DNA of 63,200 bases, the filler included, from Choristocarpus tenellus KU-1152 (Eukaryota; Protista; Phaeophyceae): the NCBI GenBank assembly GCA_964200185.2. It is 9 parts of 9 records of this genome, joined end to end, with 100 filler letters (N's around TTAATTAATTAA, not from the genome) between each part and the next. Parts side by side here need not be neighbours in the genome. Positions count along the whole stretch, not along the records: positions 8,608 to 14,292 come from CAXNAD020010017.1; positions 14,393 to 18,369 come from CAXNAD020016829.1; positions 18,470 to 28,212 come from CAXNAD020003435.1; 6 more parts are not named here. One strand, 5' to 3'. The notes beneath the pieces are model-generated. The model was not told the origin of the DNA, did no database searches, and saw only the letters and a list, made by a program, of their open reading frames with translations. Every line of letters starts with the position of its first letter. The stretch's first letter is position 1. Position numbers and translations under genes: made by a program. Positions 12,806-25,637 of this stretch are shown in pieces.

Positions 12806-13457
12806 GTTATAAAACCACTCTTGTACACATGCACCCAGTCATGCACATCACAATATGAAATATTTATGGTGCATCATTATGTACCAAGAATGTTAAACCT
12901 GAACAATTTTCATCCTCTTCAAGTACGCACACTTCAGAGTAGGTATAGTGTACCGGTCTTTTCTTACGAAAATAAGTAACTAGAATAATTTTCTTTTCTA
13001 CCTTAGTCGTTACTATTTGTGAGAAGTGTGTACACAAGCCCTCCACCTACCCCACCCTCCACTATACCCCAATCCCTCCACCAATATGGAGGGGCATAGG
13101 AGAACTCAGCTAACAACGGGGTCGAGTGTTAGCACAAACATGACAACAGATCAGTACCCTAGTCAGTCCCTCCACCTTATGCTTTTCCCCCACCATTCCA
13201 GCTGCGATGGTGCGGGTCTTTAGGTACAGTGTTGCAAGGGGTAGCTATGATAGAGATGGTGCATACTTAACTGGTGAAAGGCGCTATGGCAGAGAAGAGG
13301 GCAGGAGGAGGAGGTGAGGGCAATATAGTGATGAAGCGGCATTCAGTTCATGCTTCGAAATGTTCAGGTTTGACGTGATGCTTGACAATCACTTGAGGCC
13401 ACACTTGATTGAGGTGGACTGCTACCCCGCTTTGGGGCTGGACGAACCTGCCGACAG
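12806..13457 (+). pseudogene. Tubulin-tyrosine ligase-like (TTLL) fragment, probably pseudogene
   Basis: CFEMFRFDVMLDNHLRPHLIEVDCYPALGLDEPADR (13351-13457, then GTGAG donor) resembles the TTL ATP-grasp C-terminus CFELFGFD..LD....PWLLEVN..P; in-frame TGA 13315-13317; FGFD to FRFD and EVN to EVD. Confidence 0.6.
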
Positions 13458-14270
13458 GTGAGGTGAGGGCAAGGACAATGCTGGTCAAGTGGTGGGGAGG
13501 TGTCTGTGTGGTCGTTGATGTATGAAAAATACACACCCCAGGTAGTAGCCTTTTCTCTGTGTCTGCAGGCAAGATATGTATTATGATTCATGGTTGCTGA
13601 AGTTCCTGTTCAACAAATTTGTGTTGAAAATTCTGTGTGGTATAATACAAGTCTTCCAACTCCTGAGTATGATAACATATGTTCATGCACCATCTAGAAG
13701 CATAAATATATACCTTTGCACCAATCCAGATAAAATCTAGGTTGCCACCAGGCCAATAAAAACATACGTATGAGGACACATAGACACTAACTCTTGAAGA
13801 AGATATTTAAACTAAGATACCAAATGTATAAACCCGTTGATTTAGAGAACGTCCGACCTCTCCAGTACAACATGTTCGTCAAGGCATGTGTCCAATTAGT
13901 GAAGTAGAGGATGACTTACCAACAGGAATGACTTAGGTAGCTCCTCAAAGCCGTGTCTCTCGTCAATATGGCGGCAGTGTAGGACTTGTCCAGAACCAGG
14001 CCCGTGTAGGAGCGTCTTGGTCTATACTGTAGCGTTCAACAACAAGCTGGATATTACACAACTCGCACTTCTCCCATTTAACCTCTTAGGGGTAGCTGAC
14101 TCGCTCCTCTCCAACTTGTACCGTGTAGTGGGGCTGGTACTGTTAAGACATAGGCTACTCATTTGTTCCTTGTTGATATGATACACATCTACCAGCTTGT
14201 ACTGACTGTTGATTGGTGCACCGCACTGGTTGTTAGTGTTCATTCATTTTTTGCGCATTCCAACTTATCA

Positions 14271-14421
14271 GACCCAAAGTATCTGGGAGGGGNNNNNNNN
14301 NNNNNNNNNNNNNNNNNNNNNNNNNNNNNNNNNNNNTTAATTAATTAANNNNNNNNNNNNNNNNNNNNNNNNNNNNNNNNNNNNNNNNNNNNCACTCCCC
14401 CCCCCCCAGATACTTCGACCT
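14271..14421. mobile_element. MITE family B ends on either side of a spacer (14271-14292 and 14393-14421)
   Basis: GACCCAAAGTATCTGGG before the gap; CCCCCAGATACTTCGACC after it; flanks do not match, so probably two different copies. Confidence 0.6.
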
Positions 14422-14590
14422 GAAACAAACCCAATCAAATAATCAAATAATATAATCAAATAATAATGATTTTTCATTGCCCTCTTATTTCTCAAAATAG
14501 TAGCTGTCATCTTTATTCCAAGAGTTCAAATGTTCTGAACTCCTTTGCTCTATCCTCTCAATTCCAACAATCAAAACAAATCTTTTTCAG

Positions 14591-16492
14591 GTGGATCCAT
14601 CTCCCCAATGCGAGTCTGTATTCCAGCTCTTTGACAACAACCGTGCAGGCCAGGTGCGTATTTCATCCTAATCTTTTCTTAATGTAAATAGCATTTTTTT
14701 TTCAACCATACTTACTGTCTTGTGTAAGAGAAGTTCCTTCACTGCGTTGCAACTCTTGATTCTGAAAATTATCAAGCATATAAGAGGTATGCTCCTGAGT
14801 ACATGGATGAATATCCAAATCATGATAGTTGCAGTCTTGAAAAGGTGGAGAAAGGTATTGATTACTTTATTTACCTCAAACACACTCTTTCAGCAAACTA
14901 TATCCCCTATGCCACCAACAACTTACTCTGACTCTGCCAGACCACTTCAATACTCAACACACCCACACATGCCACCCACTTCATTTTGTCACACACTGGT
15001 TTTCTATGTGTCACAGAAGATTAGTACAGAATGGAAGAACACTAATCAATAACTTCGATTTTATAATCAGACAAATCCCAGTTTGTGTGTGAAATTGTTG
15101 ATGAGGTTCAATATAACTCAACCTGTCCTTTGTTTTTTTTTTGTCTAATGTTGAATGAAGATCGACGTGAAGGAATTTATGATATCTCTGACAAACTTCA
15201 CTGGGGCAAGCAAGGATGACAAGCTCAAGTTTGCCTTCATGACATATGATGAAGACGGTAATGGAGTCATAACCAAGCAGGAGGTGAGGTTTCTTGGCCT
15301 GTTCTTCTTACAGTCTCTCATGTGCATTGTGGTGTAGTCTCTGTCTGATAGGGATGTGGTATACAAGGGAGGTGTACCAGCAGGTTCACGAATTATCTGA
15401 CCCTCATTACAATATTCCCCGTCTATGGTATGTTGCACAAGCTTAGAATGTCTTGATTTTTTTCAATAAAGCCTGAACCTATGCACCATTCTGAATAGAT
15501 CCTCAATACTATGATATTAGTGGCAATCAGTATATGGATACAACCTTGTGGTTGATCCGGTACAGATTGGTCTTCATAAGCCAATCAACATATTTGGAGA
15601 AGGATCAGACTATTTTACACTACAATCTAATATACAATGTAATAGAGTCATGCCCCCTTGCTGACCATCATTGAACATTCCAAAAACACAGCTGTCACAT
15701 ATTCTGAAGGCCAACCACATGGCTCAGTCAGAAGCGGAGGTGGCCAGGAAGACTGATACTATTATGAATCAGGCTGACAAAGACGGTGATGGGGTGGTCA
15801 CCTTTGATGGTGAGCATTCACCTCCCACCAGTCTTAAGTTTGTGCTCCACGAATACCATTGTTCGCTTTATCTGATGCATTTCCCAATAAATCTTGATCA
15901 ACTAAAGCATAAGCACAAGTAAATCCCAAGCATTGTGCTAAGTATCTGCATGACTTCCATCCACTCAACCAAACGATGTTTGGCAATCTGTAAGTGTTAC
16001 CTCCTGCCGTATACTGGTGGAACAACAATGCACACATCGATCCTACGTTTGCATGCAACACTCACGTCAGAGTCACTTTGTGTTGGAAGTCTCGACGCCT
16101 CATACAAGTCAGCCTTGATGCAGGGTCTCAAATATTAATGGAAAAGAACAGTACGTGACTCTAACCATGGAAAAGGTAGTTTCAATGAATCGATTGAACT
16201 ATCCTTAGGGTTAGGGAGGGTACAGTGCATTGGAGGCAATGTGTCCAAGGAACAAAGGAGATTCGATCAGGTTCAGGATGTTTCCACACTTGAACATAGA
16301 AGAGTCGAGATGTCAATACATAGTAACCTTTCTGAATGTTTGCTCATACCTAGAGACCCCTTCCCCTCCAATACTCGCTGGCTACTGCTGTCTCTGCATC
16401 ATCTCTGTCATTCCAACCCTTGTTGACATACAGAGTTCGTCATCGTCTGCAAGAAGTTCCCAAATATCCTGTTCCCGTCCACTGGGAAGTGA
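14591..16492 (+). CDS. Calcineurin B-like EF-hand Ca2+-binding protein, 5'-truncated. Exons 14591-14653, 15161-15283, 15692-15809, 16434-16492
   Basis: FQLFDNNRAGQ|IDVKEF, DDKLKFAFMTYDEDGNGVITKQE and ADKDGDGVVTFD|EF: three EF-hand loops plus the CNB/NCS-type KLKFAF..YD motif; GT-AG sites in phase; TGA stop. Confidence 0.88.
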
Positions 16493-17698
16493 TCATGACA
16501 TTGTCACCAAGAATCTTGGACACTATTGCATCATTCTCCAACACATGTCTTGTGTGAAGTCAAATTGGGAACTAGGGCTCATGGACATCGTGCAAGAAAT
16601 TAGACATCACTTTATGATACTATGATACTTCTACGTAGTGTATTATAGAAGCAGTAGATGAGACCAGTAGAAGTCCTTTGTAAGGACAAGTGCAGATTGT
16701 TGTCTGCCAAACTGAGTGTAGCTCTATGTGAAACACTTATTGTCCAAGAAGGCTCTCTGTTCTAAATTAACTTACTGAGTGTATGGATTCATTATGATAT
16801 TTTTATCACCAAATATCAAGCGCTATTAGGACCACCATGTTCGTATCAGATATGTAAGGAACATGAAACGGTATAGTTATGTGTCTATTGCCTCAACTAC
16901 CCTATACTTGGTTGAGTGCTATCAACTGGGTACATTGTGCTCTCAATGTCTCACACCATAGTGAAAATCGCTTGGTTGTCCTGTTGTAGTTGGACTCTCT
17001 ATTTTGGATGCTAGCCATCCCAGGCAATATGCATTTGCTATGCTACACAACAGCACTACAAGGCACTGTGTGATACAGGACACAATGTCTTCTTCACCCT
17101 TATCTTCCCAATAGTCTTAGGGTTAGGGATGGGGTTAGTTGCAACACTGGGAAAATAGGGGTGGTTCTTGCTCCCACACCTTCTGAGCCATCCAACACAC
17201 CATTGAAACAGCAATATAATAAAAATCGAGCTGTAGGAAATATTTCACCAGAATAAACAACAACCGTAATTGGCATTTTGTAATTGCTTATGTGCCCTCC
17301 TGCACAACAAAGCATGGAATACTACTCTGTTGACATGTGTTCCCAGGAAATCGGCATATGAAATGTATTAGTCCAAAGTACTATCTACATTTGGAGGACA
17401 TCCAAGACATTACCATCATTCGTTACATATTCCGTGGACCTATTTCCTAGCAGTCTCATTTTTACTTGGACCTCACACAATTAATTTATTTTCTTCCATA
17501 AAAAGATCATGCATGCATCTCTTCTTACACTGCCAAGAGAAAAATAAACATAATACTCTCTGAAGCAGGCACCATCAACAACAGTATATAATGAACCATC
17601 AACAACAGCACGTAATGAAGCACTTGTGTCAGTGCAACTGCGTCACACACTCAGGTTCAGCTCTAGGATTTATGAAACATGCAATACTTTCCTAGACT

Positions 17699-18087
17699 TC
17701 ACGAAACATAGAGGGATGCGGCAAACACTATATCTCGTTTGATGAGTTGGCTTGTTGCCTCCATCTTACGGTACAGAGTAGGGTTTCCAATAACCCTCGC
17801 AGCATTGCGAACCTGAAAGATACAACAGGATGCAGAGTTCAAAAAATTAGAGAGGGCCAAGGTGATGAACGTGTTGAAGGTATACGTCATTGGTCCGTCA
17901 TGAGATAGTGCCAGGCAAGGCACACAATGAATTCCGTCCCCCAAAGTGCACATTGATTTGTTCTCCAACAGACAAGGAAGTAAAAAGAACCGATCAGACA
18001 AGTAAAAAGGCCTCTTATTACCTCACGGCAGAGCTCATCAAGACGTGTGATGGCTCGGACCACTGAACCCTCCTGCACAAGTGTGAT
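17699..18087 (-). CDS. SKI2: Ski2-type DExH RNA helicase, last two exons (18087-18022, 17812-17699)
   Basis: VQEGSVVRAITRLDELCRE|VRNAARVIGNPTLYRKMEATSQLIKRDIVFAASLYVS* is the DSHCT C-terminus; ITRLDExCREVRNAAR fits Ski2 better than Mtr4. Confidence 0.88.
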
Positions 18088-18196
18088 CTGTAAGGGATGT
18101 GTAATGAGGCAAGGGAGTGGTGAGACAGGTGCCATAGAATAAAATAAGATGCACAAGGGATGCCATTGCCAGACAAGCAGACAGAAGCATGGTTGT

Positions 18197-18369
18197 GGGT
18201 CAAAGTATCTGGAGGGGGGGGGGGGGTGTGAGGGAGCGTCCGATTCGGTCACACAACTCTTTTTTTTGCTGACATTTCAAATCCAACACGTGCAACCAAA
18301 TCACACCAAAAAAAAGTGAAAATCGAAAAAAGGGTGAAAAACGGACGCCGCCCCCCCCCCCCCCCCCCC
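18197..18369. mobile_element. MITE family B, right end lost in spacer
   Basis: GGGTCAAAGTATCTGG + poly-G, internal TGCAACCAAA, terminal poly-C. Confidence 0.75.
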
Positions 18370-18541
18370 NNNNNNNNNNNNNNNNNNNNNNNNNNNNNNN
18401 NNNNNNNNNNNNNTTAATTAATTAANNNNNNNNNNNNNNNNNNNNNNNNNNNNNNNNNNNNNNNNNNNNTGTTTTTTGTTTGTGTGGTTATGTGTTTGTT
18501 GTTTGAGGGTTTGGTGTGGTTTTGTGGGGGGGGGGGGTGGT

Positions 18542-18587
<46 letters not shown>

Positions 18588-19231
18588 GGAGTTGATACCT
18601 GTGTGCACCGCCTTCCCCAGATGGATTGTTGTGGAAATCCTTTGCCAAGTAACTGGTGTTTTGTGTGGGAAGAGCTGGGTGTGATGTTTGTAAAATTTGT
18701 GCGTGCCTGAGTGGGTCCACGGTACTATATTTTTTTTATTAAGGAGTAGAGGCAAAATGTTTTGACAACAAGGTTAGAGGTTTTTTTTTCTGTAATATAA
18801 AGTTTTTCGTTCAAAAGAGCACATCAGATTTTTTAAATGATATTTATATTGTTTTAATTTTTTTTTTTGTAACAGATCCTGTTCGTCTGCAATACCTGGT
18901 TATAAAAACCTGTTGATATTGATCTCTAGCCATCTGTGTGTGGAATTTTTTTTGAAATGTGAGTTTTCCAGTTCAGTAGGAAGTATTATTATTTTTCTAT
19001 AAAAGTATTGTTTTTGTTCTTATTTTCATTTCTAATAGTAGCAGTAGTAGTAGTAGTAGTAGTAGTAGTAATAGTAAATTAAGTGTTTTTGCTATTTCCA
19101 TTTAAAGGTTTTTAGTTGCATATGCACAAATACTCGTTCTTTTTTTTTCACAGACCATACTCAAGAATAAAAAACACACACAAGCAAAAACACACACACA
19201 CACACACATACACACATGTATAGCAAGCCAG

Positions 19232-20233
19232 AGCAATGCTGGAATCGGGACACTGTCGAGACTTTGAGCTTGTCGGAGACTCAGGACGGAAGTGGGGGGC
19301 AGCCTTGATCACGGGTGATGATCCTTCTGTGACCAACCCTATCTTTGTGTCTGTGGGTCACCGACTGTCTCTGGATTCATGCGTTACCCTCACCAAGGCT
19401 GTGAGCAGGTGGGTAGGTAGGTTGGATGAGATAGATGCTGACAAGCTGTGTTTCTTTCCATGGGCACAAAACAGACAGCAGTGGCGGCGGTGGCGGCGGT
19501 GTAGGTAGAGGAAGTGAGTTTATTATTGCGCAGAAGGGGTGTACCTTATTGTTGCACTAGGGTTAGGTACGGGGTTTGATGTGTGTGTGTGTGTCCGTGT
19601 GTTGAGGAGAGTTTTTTTTTTTTTTTTTTTTAGGTTTTGACTTTCACTGTGTAGTTGAATTTTGTTTTTCTTGTTGTGGAGCTCTGAGTTGTTTTCCCGT
19701 CCCCTTGAAGTAACGTAGAAGCGCTCTATATTACGGAATAGGGGGGGGTGTACCCCCTACTGAGTTGTTGTGTATTGTACCTTATTTCAGGTATCTATAT
19801 GCGTGTAGGTGGGTTAGCACACAGGCCATACCGGCTGCGTGCGCGTTATTGATCCCCTTGTGTACTTGTGTACCCGCCTACTGAAAAACTAACACTGCTT
19901 TGAAAGTGAAAATAATGTCAATAGTTTATGAACAAAAAAATTGTGGAGTAAGAGCGAGGGGTATATCCCAAGTTTTGGCCATTTTGCCCATCAAGGCCAC
20001 TTTTTACGTTTCTATGGATGAAGTGCTCAGATTGACTTGAGAGCGTCGATTTCTGTTCTGCTTTTGTTTGAATTTAAACCTTTCAACGGAATTCAGGAAT
20101 GTCCCCCTGTGTGCTATTGTGCAAAAAAAGTAGAATTTTAAATCATTGCCAGATTTTTTTTTTTTTATGTTTTAATGTAACCCTGGGTGCCTCTCGTTTA
20201 CTCTCCATCAAAATAACAATCAAGTTGCATACA

Positions 20234-20268
<35 letters not shown>

Positions 20269-20425
20269 TCACACAGACACACACACACCTAACAAAAATC
20301 TTCAACTTTTTGTGTGCAGATATCGAGTTCCAGAACCTGTCCGGCAGGCAGACTTGAGGAGTCGAGAAGCTATTCGTGACTGGGTTGCAAAAGACCACTT
20401 GGGAAGTAGTCATCAATCTGCATGA
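19232..20425 (+). CDS. ENDOV: Endonuclease V, last two exons (19232-19408, 20320-20425)
   Basis: LVGDSGRKWGAAL...NPIFVSVGHRLSLDSC...R|YRVPEPVRQADLRSR matches the EndoV C-terminal P(I/V)(F/Y)VS.GH and R.PEP.R.AD motifs. Confidence 0.92.
20250..20288. repeat. (CA)n microsatellite in ENDOV intron (tract starts ~20237)
   Basis: Directly visible ACACAC run. Confidence 0.85.
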
Positions 20426-20679
20426 ATAGCGGGATGCTGCCTCTTCCATGGCGATGTTAACAGTTTGGGGAATTTTAATGTTATTTTTTTTTTAAGGGTG
20501 TTGGGGACCGAGAGTGTCGGTGCTATCATTGGAAAAAAAGAAGAAAAAAACCGTCTGGGAGTTGTTAGGTTCTGGTGTGGAGGCGTTGTCTAGATGGTGA
20601 GGTTGACTTGATGTGGTTGTAGAGATTAACAAACGTGAACCATTTTTTCTTCTTCTTCTTTTGTGTGTGTGTGTGTGTA

Positions 20680-22000
20680 TTGAGTTCTCGAATCGTTGCT
20701 CCTCTGGTCGGTTTAGGTTGTAGATAGGAATAGCCGTCCCTTATAGGAATATAGCCTTCCCGGTGAAGGGAAGTAACAGTAGATGCGGTCAAAACATTGG
20801 TGGCGTGTTGATTTTGAGGACATATCAGAATTTCCCGCCAAGCAGATATTTGTGGGATGGGTGGATCGCCATGACGTTGTAAGGTATACCTTCAAAATAA
20901 ATATGTATATATTCCACTGATGGTATATATTCAATGCCTCAGACTCTCAATTTGTTCATTTCGAATGCTGTTCCGCTGACTTCTTTCGCTTCTATAATTA
21001 CTTCCCTATCCAGGAGATCACTATCTTGTGTGTTCTGTAGTCGATCATTGGCACCTTAGTTATTAATTCCTCTGATCACAAATATAAGGTACATTTAGAT
21101 GATCGTTGACACAAGATACACTAAAGAAATGCTTGTATCACACACTTGCGTAAGGGCCACCCTTTCATTCAGTCGGTGTCCGGATTGAGGATAGGAAGTA
21201 CTTCAAAGAAGTAGATACTACCTTTGGCGCACTTTATACCCCACTATGAAGGTGAAATATTAGTGAGCAATAAGTTGGTGACTGTCATGCTCATTGGCGT
21301 TGTTTGTTTTTATCTGGAGCTTCCAGGAGTTACTTGAAGTACATAATCAAATGCAATTTCTAAGCGGTTTTGGTGGACTGCACTCATCATCAAATATTTA
21401 TTGGGTCACAGTGGAGAGGGGAGCTGTGGCTGCAGGGGCATCAACATGAATGACGTATGTGCAACAGGGCTTCAAAGAGATCATAGCAAGAAATTGCATG
21501 GACCAGCGGACCTTGGCATCACAAATGTGTAGAAACTTGGGTATAGATTGTGCTCATCATAGGGTAAGCCGTTCCTTACTCGTAAGGGCAAACGAGAAGT
21601 TGGGCAATGCAGTGGTGCTGTAGTTGTTCTCAGGGCAGAGTGTTGATTTTATTTTGACCAACAGGAGGGGCAATAGTGGTGTGTAAGAAGCAAGGCATGA
21701 GGGGAGAGGCAGAGAGAGCGGGCGTATCTATCCATCGTCATTTTCATAACCCATCGTCTAGGAAGTTTTGATTCTTGTTCGCTTTTGCACTCAATTGTCT
21801 GGTGAATTGTAGAGGATTTTCCCTTGTACGAAACATCAAACCAAATTCCGATGGTGGAATTGGTTGTGGTTGTGAAAGTTATAAATTTAGTTAACCCTTC
21901 TTTTAGAATCTTTTTTGTGATCGGCTTGTTGCTGTGTGTGAGAAAGGATGGTAGGTATTCAGAGCAATAGCGACGATGAGTTAAATTCAAATGTAAGATA
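20680..22000 (-). pseudogene. Decayed, apparently intronless coding-like relic of unknown family
   Basis: One minus-strand frame gives protein-like text (SDLLDREVIIEAKEVSGTAFEMNKLRV*GIEYIPSVEYIHIYFEGIPYNVMAIHPSHKYLLGGKF*) broken by scattered stops; no motif recognised. Confidence 0.25.
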
Positions 22001-22829
22001 CACTATTAATACAGACCGTGATGATGTGTAAGCTCATTGAAACGATATCCTCCCCACAACAGGATGAATCAGAGTGGCGGGTGGTCACCAATATATTCCT
22101 CGTGAATATTATGTACTGTAGGACACTGTCGATCCCAGCAATCTGTCCAGCACAACCCTAACATGGGTAAAAACAGAGAGGCCTTCCATACTGCAGTTGA
22201 TACAATCTGACAGGCGAGCACTATTTGCTACGATGTATTGGCAACCATGTCTTCGAGATGACATCATCCCTCTGTTATTTGGGTAAGCTTCTTTTTTGCC
22301 TACTTCAAGTCACCATTGCACATAATACCCCTTAAAACATTGAGTTTTTCTAGTGAATGTGACAATATGTCACGCTTACTCAAATAAATGATGGTGTTTT
22401 AGAGAATGTAGAAAACAAATATTTCGTGCGTCGCATGGTGTTCAAATATGTACTAGTACTCCAGAGTACGTACGAATTTTCTTTTGATAGAAATATCATA
22501 CTTAGAAAAAAAGGGGAAGTGTGTGTGTCCTTTAGTATACATGCATTTCTTGCTTCCACCAATTGAATGATGAGTTGTTTTGCAACCCCCACACAACAAA
22601 TTCACCAATCATGGTGTATCCTAAAAAGCTGAATCTGACCTAAAGTATAAAATTACATCATGTACGTTCACAACTTCAACTCCACATTTCTATTCAAGTG
22701 GTATTCCAAATACTATGTACACACACTCCCCATCATCACCCATCTGTACACAAGTTCGCATTCTAATGTGGAATGGAATGGTGGATGACCGAAATCACCT
22801 GGCCAGGCACACCAAACTTGGCTAGTATG

Positions 22830-22961
22830 AACAGCAGATTTCAAAGATTGAGGATGGAGCATGCATGCAATAAAAACATATCGAAACTTTCTCCCAGTCA
22901 ATTTTGGGTCAAGCCCATCCTCAATGAAAAGCTCCATCCTCAATCTTTGAAATCTGCTGTT
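22830..22961. repeat. Perfect 31-bp inverted repeat with 70-bp spacer
   Basis: AACAGCAGATTTCAAAGATTGAGGATGGAGC (22830-22860) and its exact reverse complement (22931-22961). Confidence 0.95.
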
Positions 22962-23834
22962 TATGGTCTAGAGGTGGTCGAGGTCAACAGGGTCAATATA
23001 CAATAGTGCCTTACACAGGTCAATGAAGCGTATCTATGGAAGGTATTATTGCTATATTACCATAAATGATAAAATTAATTATAAAATGCACTAGTATTGT
23101 TCCTGACCCTACTCTTCTGTGCATTAGTATTATTGATGGTTCAAGATTGGATGATGGTGGAGGTGTTTATTTTTCTTTTCACTACTTCGTATGTCTGAAT
23201 ATAGTGGGCATGTTCATGAAAAGGAACATTTTATGTCAAAATGCCAACTCCAGATATATGAAAACCTCAATGTAGGTCGTAGGAAGGTATTCGATATTTG
23301 TAACTATCATCACACACCCATACACACACCCTTCCCTTCTTACCATTCGCCCTGTTTTTTACCTGTAGTCCAATATTTTTAAGACTGCTGAGGGGATGAT
23401 TGGCCCAGAATTTGACTTGTTTCTCTAATAATGTCTGGCAGGGCCCTGACCCATGATGCCTTCATTACAGGTAAGAATTATCTGCTGGCCACTTTGAAGG
23501 TCAGATTTAAAGCACAGACTCCACACCTACACATGCATGCTCAGCTCGATCATCAAACTTGCACAAGAACTCACAGGTTCCCCACCGGCACATCCCAACC
23601 CTTCTACTCAAGCGCAGTCCCAATCTGTGTGCCATTTCTCCTGGTGCTGCTAGAGCATCGTGGATGCCGGCTGGTGGAGCTTCTCTTCTTATTTATTTTC
23701 CTGAACAAAACTCTCAGTTGGTTTAACTCTATGTTATGTTGAGAGGGAGCATTAACCTTACGAGAAAGGAGGGGCAAATGCACTACTGCAGCTTCTTTGT
23801 ACGACTGATTATACTACTGTTGTAGAGAAGTAAT

Positions 23835-24093
23835 GAGCCAAAGTATCTTAGAGGGTAGAGCCGCGTCCATTTGGGGGTCAAAATCCAATTTTACGATTTT
23901 GATGTAGTCTTGCCTATCGTGTTTGTTAGGAAGAGTCAATGTAAATGTTTCGGACACGCGTTTTCATAACGTATACTTTTTACCTACCCCGAAACATTCT
24001 GGAGTAGGAATATATCATAAAAACACCCATGGGAAGCCAAGCCCCAAATGGATAAACAGGGCAAAATTCGTACCCTCTACGATACTTTCACCC
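23835..24093. mobile_element. MITE family A, 259 bp, apparent 3-bp TSD AAT
   Basis: GAGCCAAAGTATCTTAGAGGGTAG ... TACCCTCTACGATACTTTCACCC; AAT on both flanks. Confidence 0.9.
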
Positions 24094-25613
24094 AATGGTG
24101 GTGCTTACGTACCATTCACTACAAGATACCATACATGTCTGTAGAATACAGTAGTAGAGAGATAATTTTGATGCTCAGTTATCACATGACAATGTATTGC
24201 AGCATGCAGAATCAATTCCCCGTTGGAATCTTGACAACCTAAACTTTTGTGTTGGACTCGCTGCTGCTGGAAGAAGGACAAATTTTTTTTGGCAGTGTTG
24301 TCTACAATCTCAACTGAGTACTTGGACTTTCTAATCATAAAAGAATGAAGATTGAAATGATGTCAGTTCTCCGATTGACCACAAAGTGCGTCGTTGGCAA
24401 CAGTAGTAGGACTACTTCAAGCAAGAGGGTTTCACTTGTTATCCCCACGAAAGGAGAGAGAGGGACCACGGGAATGTCCTCCATACAAGAGGTGAGGATG
24501 AAAGGTTTGACAGTCTGCAGTACATAGCTGCAGAGTGACAGAGGGGAGTGAAGAAAAAGGCAAAATGATAGTAGTGTATCATAATATTTGATTCTGCATT
24601 GTATAGGTTGGGGTTGTAACATCAGTTAATAACAGTAACAATAATATCAAAGATTGGGTATGCCTCACGGTGCTCTTGCCTGCCTCTCCCTAAGGTTGAG
24701 TGTGCTCCAGTCGAAGTTCATTGTGCTACTATGCTCCTAGTATGTAAGTGATACGGATTTTAACTGGCTTTGTGTTCGGGTTTGTTGCTTCGAATTTCTT
24801 TTTTTTTTCAAAAGTAAATTATAGTTGCAACAAATGACTACTAGTAAGCAAACCTAGGCAAAAAAAACCCCTGTGATGTGAACCACAGAACAAAGGCTGT
24901 GCACACACACACTCACACAGATATACACTGTAATGTCAACAAGAGACTGATTTTATTTTTTATTGGTAACATCACCACTCCTCTTCCTCTACATGACTAC
25001 CTCACACAAAACCAATGACACTAACATTGACTTAGCTTTGGAGAAGAGTGTGCTCCTAAAAACAAAGAATTCATGCGGTCACTGCTGGAGATCTTCACAT
25101 CAAAGCAAGACCACTTGTCCTACAATTGCTTTCTTGAACCTCCTTGTACCCCCTGAGTGCCCACAACACCCTCCTCCACAATACATACTTGTAGTAGTGA
25201 CTGACCAACAAACAGCGGGGGTGTAATACAGAACGGTCATTTAAGACCTCTGCACCTATGACTTAAATCCTTTTTTTTCACTATCAATGATAGCCACCGC
25301 CATCCCCGCCCATGTGGGTGTTCTCAATGAAGATGAGCTGGTCGATGAGGTTGTAGTAGTGCAGCTGAGACATTTAGGGGGAATTGTGGGGGAGATGAGG
25401 GAAAAAGGGAGGGGATGGTGCAGCTGTGTTTGATGTTGTTTACTCTTGCCTCCCATGCATGTACACACACATACATACATAATACATACATACTATGTAT
25501 AAATACACACTGACATGTTTCAATATCCTCTGCACACATCTGTGCACTATACTTGATGGTGCATGTCGGAGGGATGCCAGCTCTTTTCTGGGTCATGCAT
25601 GAACACTAACACA

Positions 25614-25637
25614 CCTAACCCTAACCCTAACACTAAC
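25614..25637 (-). repeat. Interstitial telomere-type repeat (CCCTAA)n; others at 16205-16216, 17117-17128, 26237-26250, 27776-27787
   Basis: CCTAACCCTAACCCTAACACTAAC and the other runs are directly visible. Confidence 0.75.

Noticed and set aside
18340-18600. Poly-Pro/poly-Gly ORFs
   Set aside because: G/C homopolymers at low-quality contig ends.
3804-20425. Functional cluster of RNA-decay genes (PAT1, SKI2, ENDOV)
   Set aside because: Each lies on a different contig separated by artificial spacers, so linkage is unsupported.
10160-24520. TGA read-through or alternative genetic code suggested by many in-frame TGAs in exon-like blocks
   Set aside because: PAT1, the EF-hand gene, SKI2, ENDOV, GINS1 and RPE all terminate at TGA, and the same blocks also contain TAG/TAA and frameshifts; pseudogene decay is simpler.
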